Shown here in pieces: positions 27,460 to 36,342 of a DNA stretch of 64,000 nucleotides. The position numbers were made by a program, and so were the translations under genes. The stretch's first letter is position 1, and every line of letters begins with the position of its first letter. The notes beneath the pieces are model-generated. The model ran no database searches and was not told where the DNA came from. It saw only the letters and a list, made by a program, of their open reading frames with translations. Source of the stretch: Klebsiella phage fENko-Kae01; the sequence record OR228459.1; one strand, 5' to 3'.

Positions 27460-27624
27460 ATGAAATACTTAATCGCATTTGCACTGATTATTGGTTTGGC
27501 TGGTGGTTTCTGGATTGGTAAAGCAACTTATCAGGTCAAACTCACTGCTGGTTCTTGTCTCGATGCAACTACTCAAAGCATTGGAGAAAGTATCGATAAC
27601 TTTATTAGCAACATTAAGGGGTAA
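27460..27624 (+). CDS. small single-TM protein
   Basis: ATG (MKYLIAFALIIG...) after AGAGGAAG RBS. Confidence 0.45.
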   Translation: MKYLIAFALIIGLAGGFWIGKATYQVKLTAGSCLDATTQSIGESIDNFISNIKG

Positions 27625-27627
27625 CAT

Positions 27628-27915
27628 ATGATTCAATACTTCCAAACTCGTCGTATTTCTGACATGACTGAAGGCTGTGGTCACATGGTTAATGACCGTG
27701 CTTTTACGGAATGGCAATATGCAGCAGATTATATTAACTCCCAACCGGGCGTAATGGGTCGTCGTGTGAAATGGACAGAAGAAAAATATGCTGGTGATTG
27801 GGATATCCAAACCATTAATGTATATGATTCTCCATTTGATCCAGAAGCAGAAGCACGTGCAAACGCACTTGCTAAACTAACACCACAAGAACGCAAACTA
27901 TTGGGGCTTGAATAA
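27628..27915 (+). CDS. hypothetical protein
   Basis: 95 aa, AAGGGGTAACATATG RBS. Confidence 0.55.
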   Translation: MIQYFQTRRISDMTEGCGHMVNDRAFTEWQYAADYINSQPGVMGRRVKWTEEKYAGDWDIQTINVYDSPFDPEAEARANALAKLTPQERKLLGLE

Positions 27916-28127
27916 TGAGTGTAGAACTTACTACCTTCAATGAAGGTAATAAAACTTACTTAGCTGTCGGTTTCATTGAAGATCGTGGTTTTGATGATTC
28001 TAATGTATGTCAGTACCGTTGTGTTGATGCTCAAGGTTATGAGTTTTACACTGATGATCACGGTGAAGCAATGGAATTTATCAGTAATGGTCTAACACAG
28101 CCTAAGAACACATGGACGCTTCCATGA
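27915..28127 (+). CDS. hypothetical protein
   Basis: TAATG overlap. Confidence 0.5.
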   Translation: MSVELTTFNEGNKTYLAVGFIEDRGFDDSNVCQYRCVDAQGYEFYTDDHGEAMEFISNGLTQPKNTWTLP

Positions 28128-28384
28128 AGTACATAATGATTGTACTGGCTATGCTTTTCCTAAGTGCATGTGATGATGAACCAGTGATCGATGCCAAGTA
28201 TTTGGCTATGCATGAGTGCGTCTACACTGGTAAATCATTTCAAACTGATGAAAAGACGTGGATTTCTAACGGGCGTGGTGGTTCATGGAAAGATGTAACT
28301 AATCGTTACTATGTCTATGATTGTCCACCGGGAAAGCAAAAAACTTTATCAACTGTTAGGCTTGTTATTGATACTGAGCATTGA
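28112..28384 (+). CDS. putative lipoprotein
   Basis: Signal peptide with lipobox LSAC (MKYIMIVLAMLFLSACDD). Confidence 0.55.
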   Translation: MDASMKYIMIVLAMLFLSACDDEPVIDAKYLAMHECVYTGKSFQTDEKTWISNGRGGSWKDVTNRYYVYDCPPGKQKTLSTVRLVIDTEH

Positions 28385-28414
28385 CAACATTCGGGAGTAT
28401 GTTATAATACTCCC
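28381..28414 (+). promoter_or_regulatory. promoter TTGACA-N16-TGTTATAAT with -10 in hairpin loop (copy 2)
   Basis: GGGAGTATGTTATAATACTCCC identical to the 27087 copy. Confidence 0.6.
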
Positions 28415-28437
28415 ATATTAAGAAAACAGGAGCTACA

Positions 28438-28596
28438 ATGGAAAATATTTACGTTAATGCATTTAATGGTTTAGTTCGTAAGTTCGTTGGTGGTAAAGGT
28501 TTCAATTTGCAAGATGATGGAACATGGGTTAAAACCGGCATATCTGAGAAATTGATTAAAAATCTTCCTTACTATAAGTTACAGGAAAACAAATAA
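28438..28596 (+). CDS. small hypothetical protein (52 aa)
   Basis: ATG after AACAGGAG RBS directly downstream of promoter; below ORF-track cutoff. Confidence 0.4.
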   Translation: MENIYVNAFNGLVRKFVGGKGFNLQDDGTWVKTGISEKLIKNLPYYKLQENK

Positions 28597-28886
28597 TGAA
28601 AGTAGATATCCATTATACTAGTTTTAATATGCGTAAAGATACTGAAAGTATTGTGGCTACTTCTGGTGCAATTGCATTTTTTAATGATCACGACATTCCT
28701 TATGTTCTTGAAGAACATGATAGGTTCGGCGGCGGTAAGAAAGAAATGATAACTTGGCATGAAAGTGCAACACCAATCGAACTTGTTGATTTCTCTATTG
28801 ATGTTATGCATGAATACGCTCAACGCTATAATCTCATTTTCCAGATTGGTAAAGAAACCGTAGTTATTAAATTCGATGAAAAATAA
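28596..28886 (+). CDS. hypothetical protein
   Basis: TAATG overlap, 96 aa. Confidence 0.5.
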   Translation: MKVDIHYTSFNMRKDTESIVATSGAIAFFNDHDIPYVLEEHDRFGGGKKEMITWHESATPIELVDFSIDVMHEYAQRYNLIFQIGKETVVIKFDEK

Positions 28887-28895
28887 GGAATTCTT

Positions 28896-29543
28896 ATGTT
28901 AAAAGATCCTAACTTTGAACCAATGGATTTATTTTTTAAGAATAAAGATCACGGTTTGTATTTCTCTTACATTATGGTTAAGAGTCCTATTGATGGACGT
29001 ATTATCCCTGCCATGAGTGGATACACTGATCCTTCTCATGAACGCTGGGAAGGTGAAAAGAAATCTATTAAGGTATTTTTAACAGCACGTCATGCACCGG
29101 GAATCTATTTGGGTTTTCCAATGGAAGACATGCTCGCATTGAGTCCCACCCGCCATATTGAAAGTGTTGGAAATTTCGACTTGAGTACTGGTATGTACTA
29201 TACATATGAAGAAATGAAAGAACAATTCAATCGTGGTTATCATTTACAGAATGAACCATTAAGTACTGGAAAACCAGCAGCACATATGAATTCAATAGCC
29301 AATCCATATGGGTTAGCTGATAACATCTCTCAAGTACTAAAATATTACCGGAAGGTTGTGACTAATCCCAATGTTAATGTCGTCCTGCATGTACAGCAGC
29401 ACGATAAGACTAAAAATACAGTGGGGATGCGTTGGCATAAATCCGGTAAGTATATCGGTAATCATAATCCAAAGCATGAATATATTAATGATGAAGAAGG
29501 GTTTGATCGCTTTATTTCTTACCATTTCTATGTTATAGAGTAG
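28896..29543 (+). CDS. hypothetical protein
   Basis: 215 aa, AAGGAATTCTTATG RBS. Confidence 0.6.
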   Translation: MLKDPNFEPMDLFFKNKDHGLYFSYIMVKSPIDGRIIPAMSGYTDPSHERWEGEKKSIKVFLTARHAPGIYLGFPMEDMLALSPTRHIESVGNFDLSTGMYYTYEEMKEQFNRGYHLQNEPLSTGKPAAHMNSIANPYGLADNISQVLKYYRKVVTNPNVNVVLHVQQHDKTKNTVGMRWHKSGKYIGNHNPKHEYINDEEGFDRFISYHFYVIE

Positions 29544-29549
29544 GTGTGT

Positions 29550-29753
29550 ATGGGTAAATTTCTAGTAATTGGATTTGTAATAGGATTTCTAGTAATATTA
29601 GGTATTTTTGGGGCTGTCTTTATGATTACATATTGGGATTCATTGTATCCTGAATGGGATCGCATTGGAACAGATGAAATCGCGAACACCTGTTTAATAT
29701 CATCATTTGGTGGACTAATAGGTATGTTTATAACTCTTTGGATAATTGATTAA
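29550..29753 (+). CDS. small membrane protein
   Basis: ATG after GAGTAGGTG; two TM segments. Confidence 0.45.
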   Translation: MGKFLVIGFVIGFLVILGIFGAVFMITYWDSLYPEWDRIGTDEIANTCLISSFGGLIGMFITLWIID

Positions 29754-30133
29754 TGCATAAAATAATTATTGTAGTACTTCTAATGTTTGGTGTATCATAT
29801 TCTGCATTAGCTGAAAAGATTCTTTGTGTTGATGTGAAGCATAAAGCTCACGTTATTGAATTTGTCACCGATAGTATTGACTTTGTGTATCTAGATGGTG
29901 TAGAATATCAACGTCAACCACATATGGCAAAAATAAGTACTGAGTACTTTACAAGTGATAAGAAAATGTTAACATTTTTCTTTGATCCAAATCCAGAAAA
30001 ACGTGATTGGTTTAATATTTTGTTAACATCAATCCCAAAGAAAAATGAAAAAGTACTTGAAGATTTCTTCGCATTGTGCGATAATGTAAACCTTCTCGAA
30101 GAAGAACAACAACCTCAACTCGTTAAACAATAA
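29753..30133 (+). CDS. secreted/periplasmic protein
   Basis: Signal peptide MHKIIIVVLLMFGVSYSALA. Confidence 0.55.
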   Translation: MHKIIIVVLLMFGVSYSALAEKILCVDVKHKAHVIEFVTDSIDFVYLDGVEYQRQPHMAKISTEYFTSDKKMLTFFFDPNPEKRDWFNILLTSIPKKNEKVLEDFFALCDNVNLLEEEQQPQLVKQ

Positions 30134-30142
30134 GGAAACTAC

Positions 30143-30475
30143 ATGTTTATTCTATCTCTAGGTTATATTATTTTTGTCGCTACTATGATTATTTCTATCT
30201 TCCGTGTTCACGTTAATAAAGAAGATTTTGATGTAATTGGCTCTTATTTCAATAATACCCCAGAACACAGTAATTTCGCAAAATATGTATATTACTGTCT
30301 TTATGCTTGGGTGATTGCTTGGGGACTATCTCTTATTCTACCAGTACTTGCTATCGTATGTATGGTAATTAATCTAGTACTTTACATTGCAGCTTGGATT
30401 TGGATTTACGAATGTTATAAAGATGGTCACATGGTACGTTGGTTCAACGACATTAAAGCTAAATTAAATCCATAA
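30143..30475 (+). CDS. multi-TM membrane protein
   Basis: Hydrophobic 110 aa. Confidence 0.5.
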   Translation: MFILSLGYIIFVATMIISIFRVHVNKEDFDVIGSYFNNTPEHSNFAKYVYYCLYAWVIAWGLSLILPVLAIVCMVINLVLYIAAWIWIYECYKDGHMVRWFNDIKAKLNP

Positions 30476-30482
30476 GATGAAA

Positions 30483-30522
30483 AAAAGGGTTGACGAAAGT
30501 CAGCCCTTTTTGTTATAATAAT
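30483..30522 (+). promoter_or_regulatory. GAAA-tetraloop hairpin terminator/promoter element
   Basis: AAAAAAGGGTTGAC-GAAA-GTCAGCCC-T5-G-TTATAAT. Confidence 0.6.
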
Positions 30523-30545
30523 TTCATCAACTAAAGGAGAACTAT

Positions 30546-30968
30546 ATGCCTCGTGCTTCATTTAAAGTAACTGATTGTGATGTAAATCTTATTAGGCGTG
30601 ATATGTTTGAAACAAAAAAATCCTATGAATATTTTCTCATTGGTTTCCACGCAGCACGTGAATTGCAGATGTTGAAAGATTCTGGAAATATTATCATGGA
30701 TTCTGGAACCCCACTTGAATCTAATTGTGATTTTTATATTGCATTTGACCAGTGGAAAGATGAACTATCAATGCCTCGGCTTGGGCCATCGGTAGATGGT
30801 AAGAGTATGACTATGTGGTTTGGTGCAACAATGGGTAACATTCCAAATACCACTTTTGTATATAAACGCGAATTGAAAGATGCGTTTGGTAAGATCACAT
30901 ATGTAGTACCAACAAATCAAAAAAAATTTGAAATAAAAGAGTTGACTGACTACAATTCTATGGTATAA
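30546..30968 (+). CDS. hypothetical protein
   Basis: 140 aa, AAAGGAGAACTATATG RBS. Confidence 0.55.
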   Translation: MPRASFKVTDCDVNLIRRDMFETKKSYEYFLIGFHAARELQMLKDSGNIIMDSGTPLESNCDFYIAFDQWKDELSMPRLGPSVDGKSMTMWFGATMGNIPNTTFVYKRELKDAFGKITYVVPTNQKKFEIKELTDYNSMV

Positions 30969-30998
30969 TAGTAGTACTTAATTGGAGAGAACTCTAAA

Positions 30999-31229
30999 AT
31001 GTTCGATGAAGATATGTCGGAATTACCACCAGTACTAGAAGAAACGCTTGAAGAAATTAACAAAATGGGTAAGAAAGATCTACGTGAGTTTGCCTGTAGT
31101 ATTCTTTTAAACTTAGTAGATCTTCAAGAAAAGCATTTAGAACTTCAACGTCGTTACAATCGTAATCGTGCAGACTATCTTTCACGTTGCACCAGTTCGG
31201 GTGGGATTACTATCCCTCCACGTTTTTAA
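30999..31229 (+). CDS. hypothetical protein
   Basis: 76 aa, GGAGAGAACTCTAAAATG RBS. Confidence 0.5.
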   Translation: MFDEDMSELPPVLEETLEEINKMGKKDLREFACSILLNLVDLQEKHLELQRRYNRNRADYLSRCTSSGGITIPPRF

Positions 31230-31239
31230 GGAGTTGTAT

Positions 31240-31569
31240 ATGGTTATTGTACTTAATTCTATTTCTCAAATACTTTGGTTTTTTGTCTCGGTATTCGGAT
31301 TAGTTTCTTTGATCCTTATGTTCTTTAAAAAGAAATCATGGCTAAGACGTATTAATATGGACGAATGGGATTCTCCTTTTTTGGCGTGGGTTTCATTTAT
31401 TGGGGGTATGTTCATTTTTGGTATGCATTTAGTGATGGATGAAAGTGGTGTTTCATTGAATGGTTTTAGTGTCGGTTTTATGATTTCAATAATGCTTATT
31501 GGGTTTTGTTTAGTAGAGTTTTTATTTTCATTAATCTCAGATTGGCGTAAAAATATACCGGAGTCCTAA
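31240..31569 (+). CDS. multi-TM membrane protein
   Basis: ATG after AGGAG; hydrophobic. Confidence 0.5.
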   Translation: MVIVLNSISQILWFFVSVFGLVSLILMFFKKKSWLRRINMDEWDSPFLAWVSFIGGMFIFGMHLVMDESGVSLNGFSVGFMISIMLIGFCLVEFLFSLISDWRKNIPES

Positions 31570-31902
31570 ATGAAACTAGCATTGCAAAATATTTTACTAC
31601 TAATCATCACTGTAAGTATTGCATTTGGCTTTTATTATGTGTATAATAATGCTATGCAAAAACGTTTGGAAAAGCCATACCATTGTTATCTGATTGTTAA
31701 ACCGAAAAATGATTATGGAATAACTGAACGTTTCAATACAACCAGAAAAGAATTGAGTACTCTCTCTGTTGGACAGGTATATCATGGTTACACCGTATCA
31801 AGTATCAATTCAACAATGAGTAAAAGTGTGTACACAATTCGCTACAATCCTGATAATAATTCTGAACTAATTGAAGGTTCAGTGTCATGTTTTGAAGATT
31901 AG
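31570..31902 (+). CDS. protein with N-terminal TM anchor
   Basis: TAAATG junction. Confidence 0.5.
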   Translation: MKLALQNILLLIITVSIAFGFYYVYNNAMQKRLEKPYHCYLIVKPKNDYGITERFNTTRKELSTLSVGQVYHGYTVSSINSTMSKSVYTIRYNPDNNSELIEGSVSCFED

Positions 31903-31910
31903 AGGTTTAA

Positions 31911-32228
31911 ATGAATTTCAGTACTACAACGAAGTCGGGTATGATTCAATACGCTAAAATCGACCCAACTAAAAACATCAACGTCTTAGAAGTCGAGCAG
32001 AATATTATTGAAAAATTTAATAAGAAATGGAAAAATAAAAATATTGAAGTTCAAAAATATTCTGAACATTTACCATTTGCTTTTGTAATTTCTGCTACAA
32101 CAACATATAGTACTGTAACTGGTGTTAAAGAACAACATCCAGAATATAGTGAGTTTGTTCTATGTGCTGGTTATCTCGATGGTTGTGCAGACAATTTTGG
32201 GTTGAAGTGTACACGTTCTGGATTGTAA
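31911..32228 (+). CDS. hypothetical protein
   Basis: 105 aa. Confidence 0.5.
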   Translation: MNFSTTTKSGMIQYAKIDPTKNINVLEVEQNIIEKFNKKWKNKNIEVQKYSEHLPFAFVISATTTYSTVTGVKEQHPEYSEFVLCAGYLDGCADNFGLKCTRSGL

Positions 32229-32232
32229 TGAA

Positions 32233-32272
32233 AAAAGGGATTGACTTCGGTCATCCCTTTTAATATAATAAA
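32233..32272 (+). promoter_or_regulatory. UUCG-hairpin terminator/promoter element (variant GGGATTGAC-TTCG-GTCATCCC, TATAAT)
   Basis: Compensatory T/A change keeps stem paired. Confidence 0.6.
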
Positions 32273-32281
32273 GGAAATAAT

Positions 32282-32464
32282 ATGAGAACTTGTCTAACAT
32301 TTCTTATTATTTTTGTATTAAGTTGCACCTTTATGTATGGCATACCTATATATAAAGAATGGAATGAACTTGGTAAGTATGTTGATAGTTTGGACACACT
32401 AAACAAGTTTGCTCCTGTATTAATTTCTGCATGTATTGCAACTTTTTTTTACATTAATGAATGA
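32282..32464 (+). CDS. small TM protein
   Basis: 60 aa, AAGGAAATAATATG RBS. Confidence 0.4.
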   Translation: MRTCLTFLIIFVLSCTFMYGIPIYKEWNELGKYVDSLDTLNKFAPVLISACIATFFYINE

Positions 32465-32485
32465 AATCTTTTTGGAGATTAATTA

Positions 32486-32809
32486 ATGACTATGAATAAA
32501 TTAATATTTCTTGTAATTCTTACTATTGTTGTAGTTGGCTTATCCTCCCAATCACATGCTGATGAATTGGACGAACCAATCTGTAAAGTACGGGTATGTA
32601 ATAAGATTGAACGCTTCTCTTTAGACTTGTTTGCTCATGTGAAAGATTCAATGGGTGAAGTATGTGACACTATTATTATTCCACAATCACAATTAGGTCA
32701 AGGTGTAGGTCAAGTACTGAACTCCGAATCAAGATGGTATCAAGGTTCTAGTATTAACCCTACTAAGAAATCAGTTACTCGTATTCAAGAAATTATTCGT
32801 TGCAAATAG
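32486..32809 (+). CDS. secreted protein
   Basis: Signal peptide MTMNKLIFLVILTIVVVGLSSQSHA. Confidence 0.5.
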   Translation: MTMNKLIFLVILTIVVVGLSSQSHADELDEPICKVRVCNKIERFSLDLFAHVKDSMGEVCDTIIIPQSQLGQGVGQVLNSESRWYQGSSINPTKKSVTRIQEIIRCK

Positions 32810-32823
32810 TATGTGAGGAAAGT

Positions 32824-33030
32824 ATGATTAAAGAATTTCCAGATGGTGTAAGTGTTCGTGTTCTAAAAGAACTAATCAAAGATTGGCCTGAAGTAAGAGA
32901 AAATGGCGAAGATACGATGGTATACTTGGGTGATGGAAATGGCTACAGTAACCAAGCAATTGAGGTTAGTACTATTGATCAAGATGAACATGGAGTAAGT
33001 GATTTATTCATTGCTCATAATTCCAAATAA
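32824..33030 (+). CDS. hypothetical protein
   Basis: ATG after GAGGAAAG. Confidence 0.45.
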   Translation: MIKEFPDGVSVRVLKELIKDWPEVRENGEDTMVYLGDGNGYSNQAIEVSTIDQDEHGVSDLFIAHNSK

Positions 33031-33047
33031 AACAATTGGAGGAAGAA

Positions 33048-33242
33048 GTGACCAGTACTATTCATTCTACTTTAACGTTTATTGTGTCACAAATAATCCT
33101 TGTGTGTTTGATGCTGTTAGGGTATAATGTATATCAAAGTACAGGAAAGTTCTGGCACTTCTTAGCATTAGGAATGGTAGCCGTCTGTACTGCATTATTG
33201 TTTATTGAGTTGATGAACAGATACATCAAGGTGAAGCAATGA
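33048..33242 (+). CDS. small TM protein (GTG start)
   Basis: GTG 4 nt after GGAGGAAG; ORF-track start is TTG. Confidence 0.4.
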   Translation: MTSTIHSTLTFIVSQIILVCLMLLGYNVYQSTGKFWHFLALGMVAVCTALLFIELMNRYIKVKQ

Positions 33243-33880
33243 CTAAACAAGAAATCTTTAAGCACATTATTACGATCCTACGTCCCGAAACCCTCCGTCG
33301 CCAAATGGAGTTTGATATTGTTCAAGCAGAACGTATCATCAAAGAGAAAGTACAAGAAGTTGGCCTGACCTTTATTGGTATTGGGATGTATGCTGTCGTA
33401 GTCGAACATCCTGACTATCCTGAACGTGTATTCAAAGTAACTACTTCTCGCTGGGATGGTTATCGTGAATATGTAAAGTACTGTATAGCTAACAAGGGTA
33501 AAAAGTTTCTACCTGTTATCCATAGTGCTAATGAGAAAGGAAACTTCGGATGGTATGAACTTGATAAGTACTACCCCATCCTAGACCCAAACGGTGGCTA
33601 TGAGGCGTTCGTTAGTATCTATGTAGAGGATATGTATGCCTATGCTCATGCGGGGCAGTACAGTGATTCTGTTAAGGATTTAGAGGGTAGACCAGAAGCT
33701 ATTGAGATTTATAAACGTGCAAAAGAGATTGCTGATTTATACAAAAATAGCTTTACATTGGATATTCACACTGGTAATATAATGCTTAGTAAAGATGGTG
33801 AAGTAATTATTACTGATCCACTAGCGGCTGATGTACGCAGGGAAATCCCTGTATCAGAAGCTGATCCCGAATTCGATTAG
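33239..33880 (+). CDS. protein-kinase-fold protein (eukaryotic-like Ser/Thr kinase signature)
   Basis: Gly-loop IGIGMYAVVV, VFKV lysine, catalytic loop LDIHTGNIML (D-x4-N), IITDP metal-binding Asp. Confidence 0.6.
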   Translation: MTKQEIFKHIITILRPETLRRQMEFDIVQAERIIKEKVQEVGLTFIGIGMYAVVVEHPDYPERVFKVTTSRWDGYREYVKYCIANKGKKFLPVIHSANEKGNFGWYELDKYYPILDPNGGYEAFVSIYVEDMYAYAHAGQYSDSVKDLEGRPEAIEIYKRAKEIADLYKNSFTLDIHTGNIMLSKDGEVIITDPLAADVRREIPVSEADPEFD

Positions 33881-33888
33881 GAGCTATT

Positions 33889-34059
33889 ATGAACTCAAAT
33901 AACCTCATTCTGAAAGAAGCAATTCATACTCTGTGTGTTCTTCGTTGTCAAAATCTTCAGATGATTTATGAAGGAAACGATAACACTTCAAAAGAAAAAG
34001 AAATCGAAGCACAGGAGAAATTCATCAAAGAGTTAATTGATGAACATGTGCCTAACTAA
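33889..34059 (+). CDS. small hypothetical protein (56 aa)
   Basis: ATG after TAGGAGCTATT; below ORF-track cutoff. Confidence 0.35.
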   Translation: MNSNNLILKEAIHTLCVLRCQNLQMIYEGNDNTSKEKEIEAQEKFIKELIDEHVPN

Positions 34060-34069
34060 TGGTGAATGT

Positions 34070-34648
34070 ATGAGAAAAATAGTTCTTGCACTTGCATTAA
34101 CACTATTCAGTACTACAGCTTTTAGTACTCAATACCAATGCAGTGTATCAAGAAGTACAGGACAATTCACAAAAGGTATCATCACTGAACGTGGTGATGC
34201 CGTATCCTTTACGACCTTTGACAATAAAGAAACTTATACGTCTGGTTCCTTATTTGAACTACAGACGAATAACATCATGCTAAAGCATAAAGCAAAGGAT
34301 AACGTAGCTTTCTGTACTAACGTCATGACTACTGCTACTGAAGATAACTTTGGTAATAAGTCTTTCAAGTTCAAAAATACTGGTAGTGGTGAAAGTTTAA
34401 CCTTCTATGATTGTGAAGAGTTTCAGCAACCAGAAGGGGAAGAAGCATGTGATATACCCCTCCCAGAACCATCTGTATGCCACGCTACTGAGCCTAAAAA
34501 ACTAGCTGATAAGCTAGATGGTAATGGTGACAAACCCCCTGAGAAGAAGTCTGGTAAGCCACATAAACCTAAGAATCCATTCAACAAAGCTAACAAACCG
34601 AAGCCAAAATCGAAGATGCCAACACCAGATAATATGTGTCCTACTTAA
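34070..34648 (+). CDS. secreted Pro/Lys-rich protein
   Basis: Signal peptide MRKIVLALALTLFSTTAFS; C-terminal PEKKSGKPHKPKNPFNKANKPKPKSK. Confidence 0.55.
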   Translation: MRKIVLALALTLFSTTAFSTQYQCSVSRSTGQFTKGIITERGDAVSFTTFDNKETYTSGSLFELQTNNIMLKHKAKDNVAFCTNVMTTATEDNFGNKSFKFKNTGSGESLTFYDCEEFQQPEGEEACDIPLPEPSVCHATEPKKLADKLDGNGDKPPEKKSGKPHKPKNPFNKANKPKPKSKMPTPDNMCPT

Positions 34649-34663
34649 AAATAAAGGGTTGAC

Positions 34664-34702
34664 TTTGGTCATCCCTTTTGATATTATATATGCATACCAA
34701 CA
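34664..34702 (+). promoter_or_regulatory. hairpin terminator/promoter element (GGGTTGAC-TTTG-GTCATCCC, TATTAT)
   Basis: Family member. Confidence 0.6.
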
Positions 34703-34716
34703 AAGGGGATTACGTG

Positions 34717-34887
34717 ATGAAAATCGAACTAACTACTCATGATAAAAAACCAGCATTCAAAATCCTTACTGGTTATCGTGCTGGTAACTACATTGAAAGT
34801 AAAGAAGGTTGTGTTCAACACTTTCAAAGTACTGAATCAGCTATCAAATGGGCTGAAGAAATTGGTTATAAAATAATTATTAAGTGA
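34717..34887 (+). CDS. hypothetical protein
   Basis: ATG after AAAGGGGA. Confidence 0.5.
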   Translation: MKIELTTHDKKPAFKILTGYRAGNYIESKEGCVQHFQSTESAIKWAEEIGYKIIIK

Positions 34888-34894
34888 GGATAAT

Positions 34895-35122
34895 ATGAAA
34901 ATTGCATACGTAGGTAGCCATAAATTTATTACACGTAATGAACGTCTGTACTTTATTTGTGAGCGTACAAAAGACGCTGCTGTACAGGCTGAATGGGCTG
35001 ATGATGTATTGAAACGTGCTAACGTACAATTTGATAATGGTCGTTGGTCACATGAAGCTGCTGGTGAAATACTAGAGAAAGCGGAAGATGTACTTTCTAA
35101 CTATCTTGTTGTTACTGCTTAA
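34895..35122 (+). CDS. hypothetical protein
   Basis: 75 aa, GAGGATAATATG RBS. Confidence 0.5.
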   Translation: MKIAYVGSHKFITRNERLYFICERTKDAAVQAEWADDVLKRANVQFDNGRWSHEAAGEILEKAEDVLSNYLVVTA

Positions 35123-35133
35123 GAGGAAATATT

Positions 35134-35328
35134 ATGAAACTTAAACGTTATGAACGCAATCGTATTATGGATGCACTGTACCGTGAAGAAACTTCAATCA
35201 AAGCGGTGAAACAACATTTTGTTTTGGGATTCCGTATGCCAGCACGTAAAGCAAAGCAGACCGCAGTTGACCTTTTGAATGAAGGAATTGAGTACTGGAA
35301 CTCTGATGTGATGGATGACATTTACTGA
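35134..35328 (+). CDS. hypothetical protein
   Basis: 64 aa, AGAGGAAATATTATG RBS. Confidence 0.5.
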   Translation: MKLKRYERNRIMDALYREETSIKAVKQHFVLGFRMPARKAKQTAVDLLNEGIEYWNSDVMDDIY

Positions 35329-35483
35329 TGAGTGGATTTATATTCACGGTAGTAGTAACATGCATTGTTTGTGCAATATCTTACTATTATCTTCATATAC
35401 ATCCAGAAGGTGCATTTTCTAAAAAGAAATCGCCATCAAAACCAGTCGTGGATGAAGATTATGTAAATAATTTTTGGAAGTAG
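35328..35483 (+). CDS. small TM protein (51 aa)
   Basis: ATGA overlap; below ORF-track cutoff. Confidence 0.35.
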   Translation: MSGFIFTVVVTCIVCAISYYYLHIHPEGAFSKKKSPSKPVVDEDYVNNFWK

Positions 35484-35497
35484 ACATTTATCTGTAT

Positions 35498-35536
35498 AAA
35501 AGGGTTGACTTAGGTCAGCCTTTTTTGCTATTATAT
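35498..35536 (+). promoter_or_regulatory. hairpin terminator/promoter element (GGGTTGAC-TTAG-GTCAGCC, TATTAT)
   Basis: Family member. Confidence 0.6.
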
Positions 35537-35564
35537 ATGCATACCAACGAAGGAGATTAAGTAA

Positions 35565-36332
35565 ATGACCCGCGAAGAGAAAGCAATCCAAATTGAGAAA
35601 AACTTCAATAGCATGATGGATGCATTGGAATGTCTTCTGTCTCCTGAGAGCACCGTAAACAGCATGATCGTTAGCGGTAAAGGCGGCGTCGGGAAAACAT
35701 ATAACATTGAGCAACGCCTTATGCAAGCTGACAGTAACCTTGAATGCACATACAAAAGCATTTCTGGTAAAATCACTACTATGGGTCTGTTCAAAGCTCT
35801 CTACGAATCACGTCACAGTACTGATGTGCTTCTGCTTGACGATGTTGATGTATTCGCAAATGAAACAACTATCGATTTATTGAAAGCAGTACTTGACACT
35901 ACTGATGTTCGTACTGTATCATACATCACAAGCTCAAAAGCACTAGCTGAATCTGGCATCCCACAGCAATTTGATTTCCGTGGCAAAGTAATCTTTATCA
36001 CTAACAAAAATTTAGCTCGTATGGCTAAAGCTGAGAATGCCTTGTCACCACACGTTGATGCATTGCTTACTCGTAGTATCTTTATTGATCTTCAACTCTT
36101 CACAAACGAAGAAGTGATGATCCACATAGAAAACCTTATGCGTAAGCATAACATGCTTGTTAAGCATGGTATTAACAAACAAGGTTCTGATATGATCCTG
36201 AATTGGATGCTTAAACATGAATCTAAACTTCGTTCACCTTCATTGCGTATGCCAGTACTAATCGCTGGTATGTACAATAAATTCCCATTTGATTGGGAAG
36301 AAAAATGTGAAAACATGTTCCTTGAAAAATAA
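35565..36332 (+). CDS. P-loop NTPase with ParA/MinD-like deviant Walker A
   Basis: IVSGKGGVGKTYN Walker A, VLLLDDVDVF Walker B-like. Confidence 0.65.
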   Translation: MTREEKAIQIEKNFNSMMDALECLLSPESTVNSMIVSGKGGVGKTYNIEQRLMQADSNLECTYKSISGKITTMGLFKALYESRHSTDVLLLDDVDVFANETTIDLLKAVLDTTDVRTVSYITSSKALAESGIPQQFDFRGKVIFITNKNLARMAKAENALSPHVDALLTRSIFIDLQLFTNEEVMIHIENLMRKHNMLVKHGINKQGSDMILNWMLKHESKLRSPSLRMPVLIAGMYNKFPFDWEEKCENMFLEK

Positions 36333-36342
36333 TGGAGAATCC

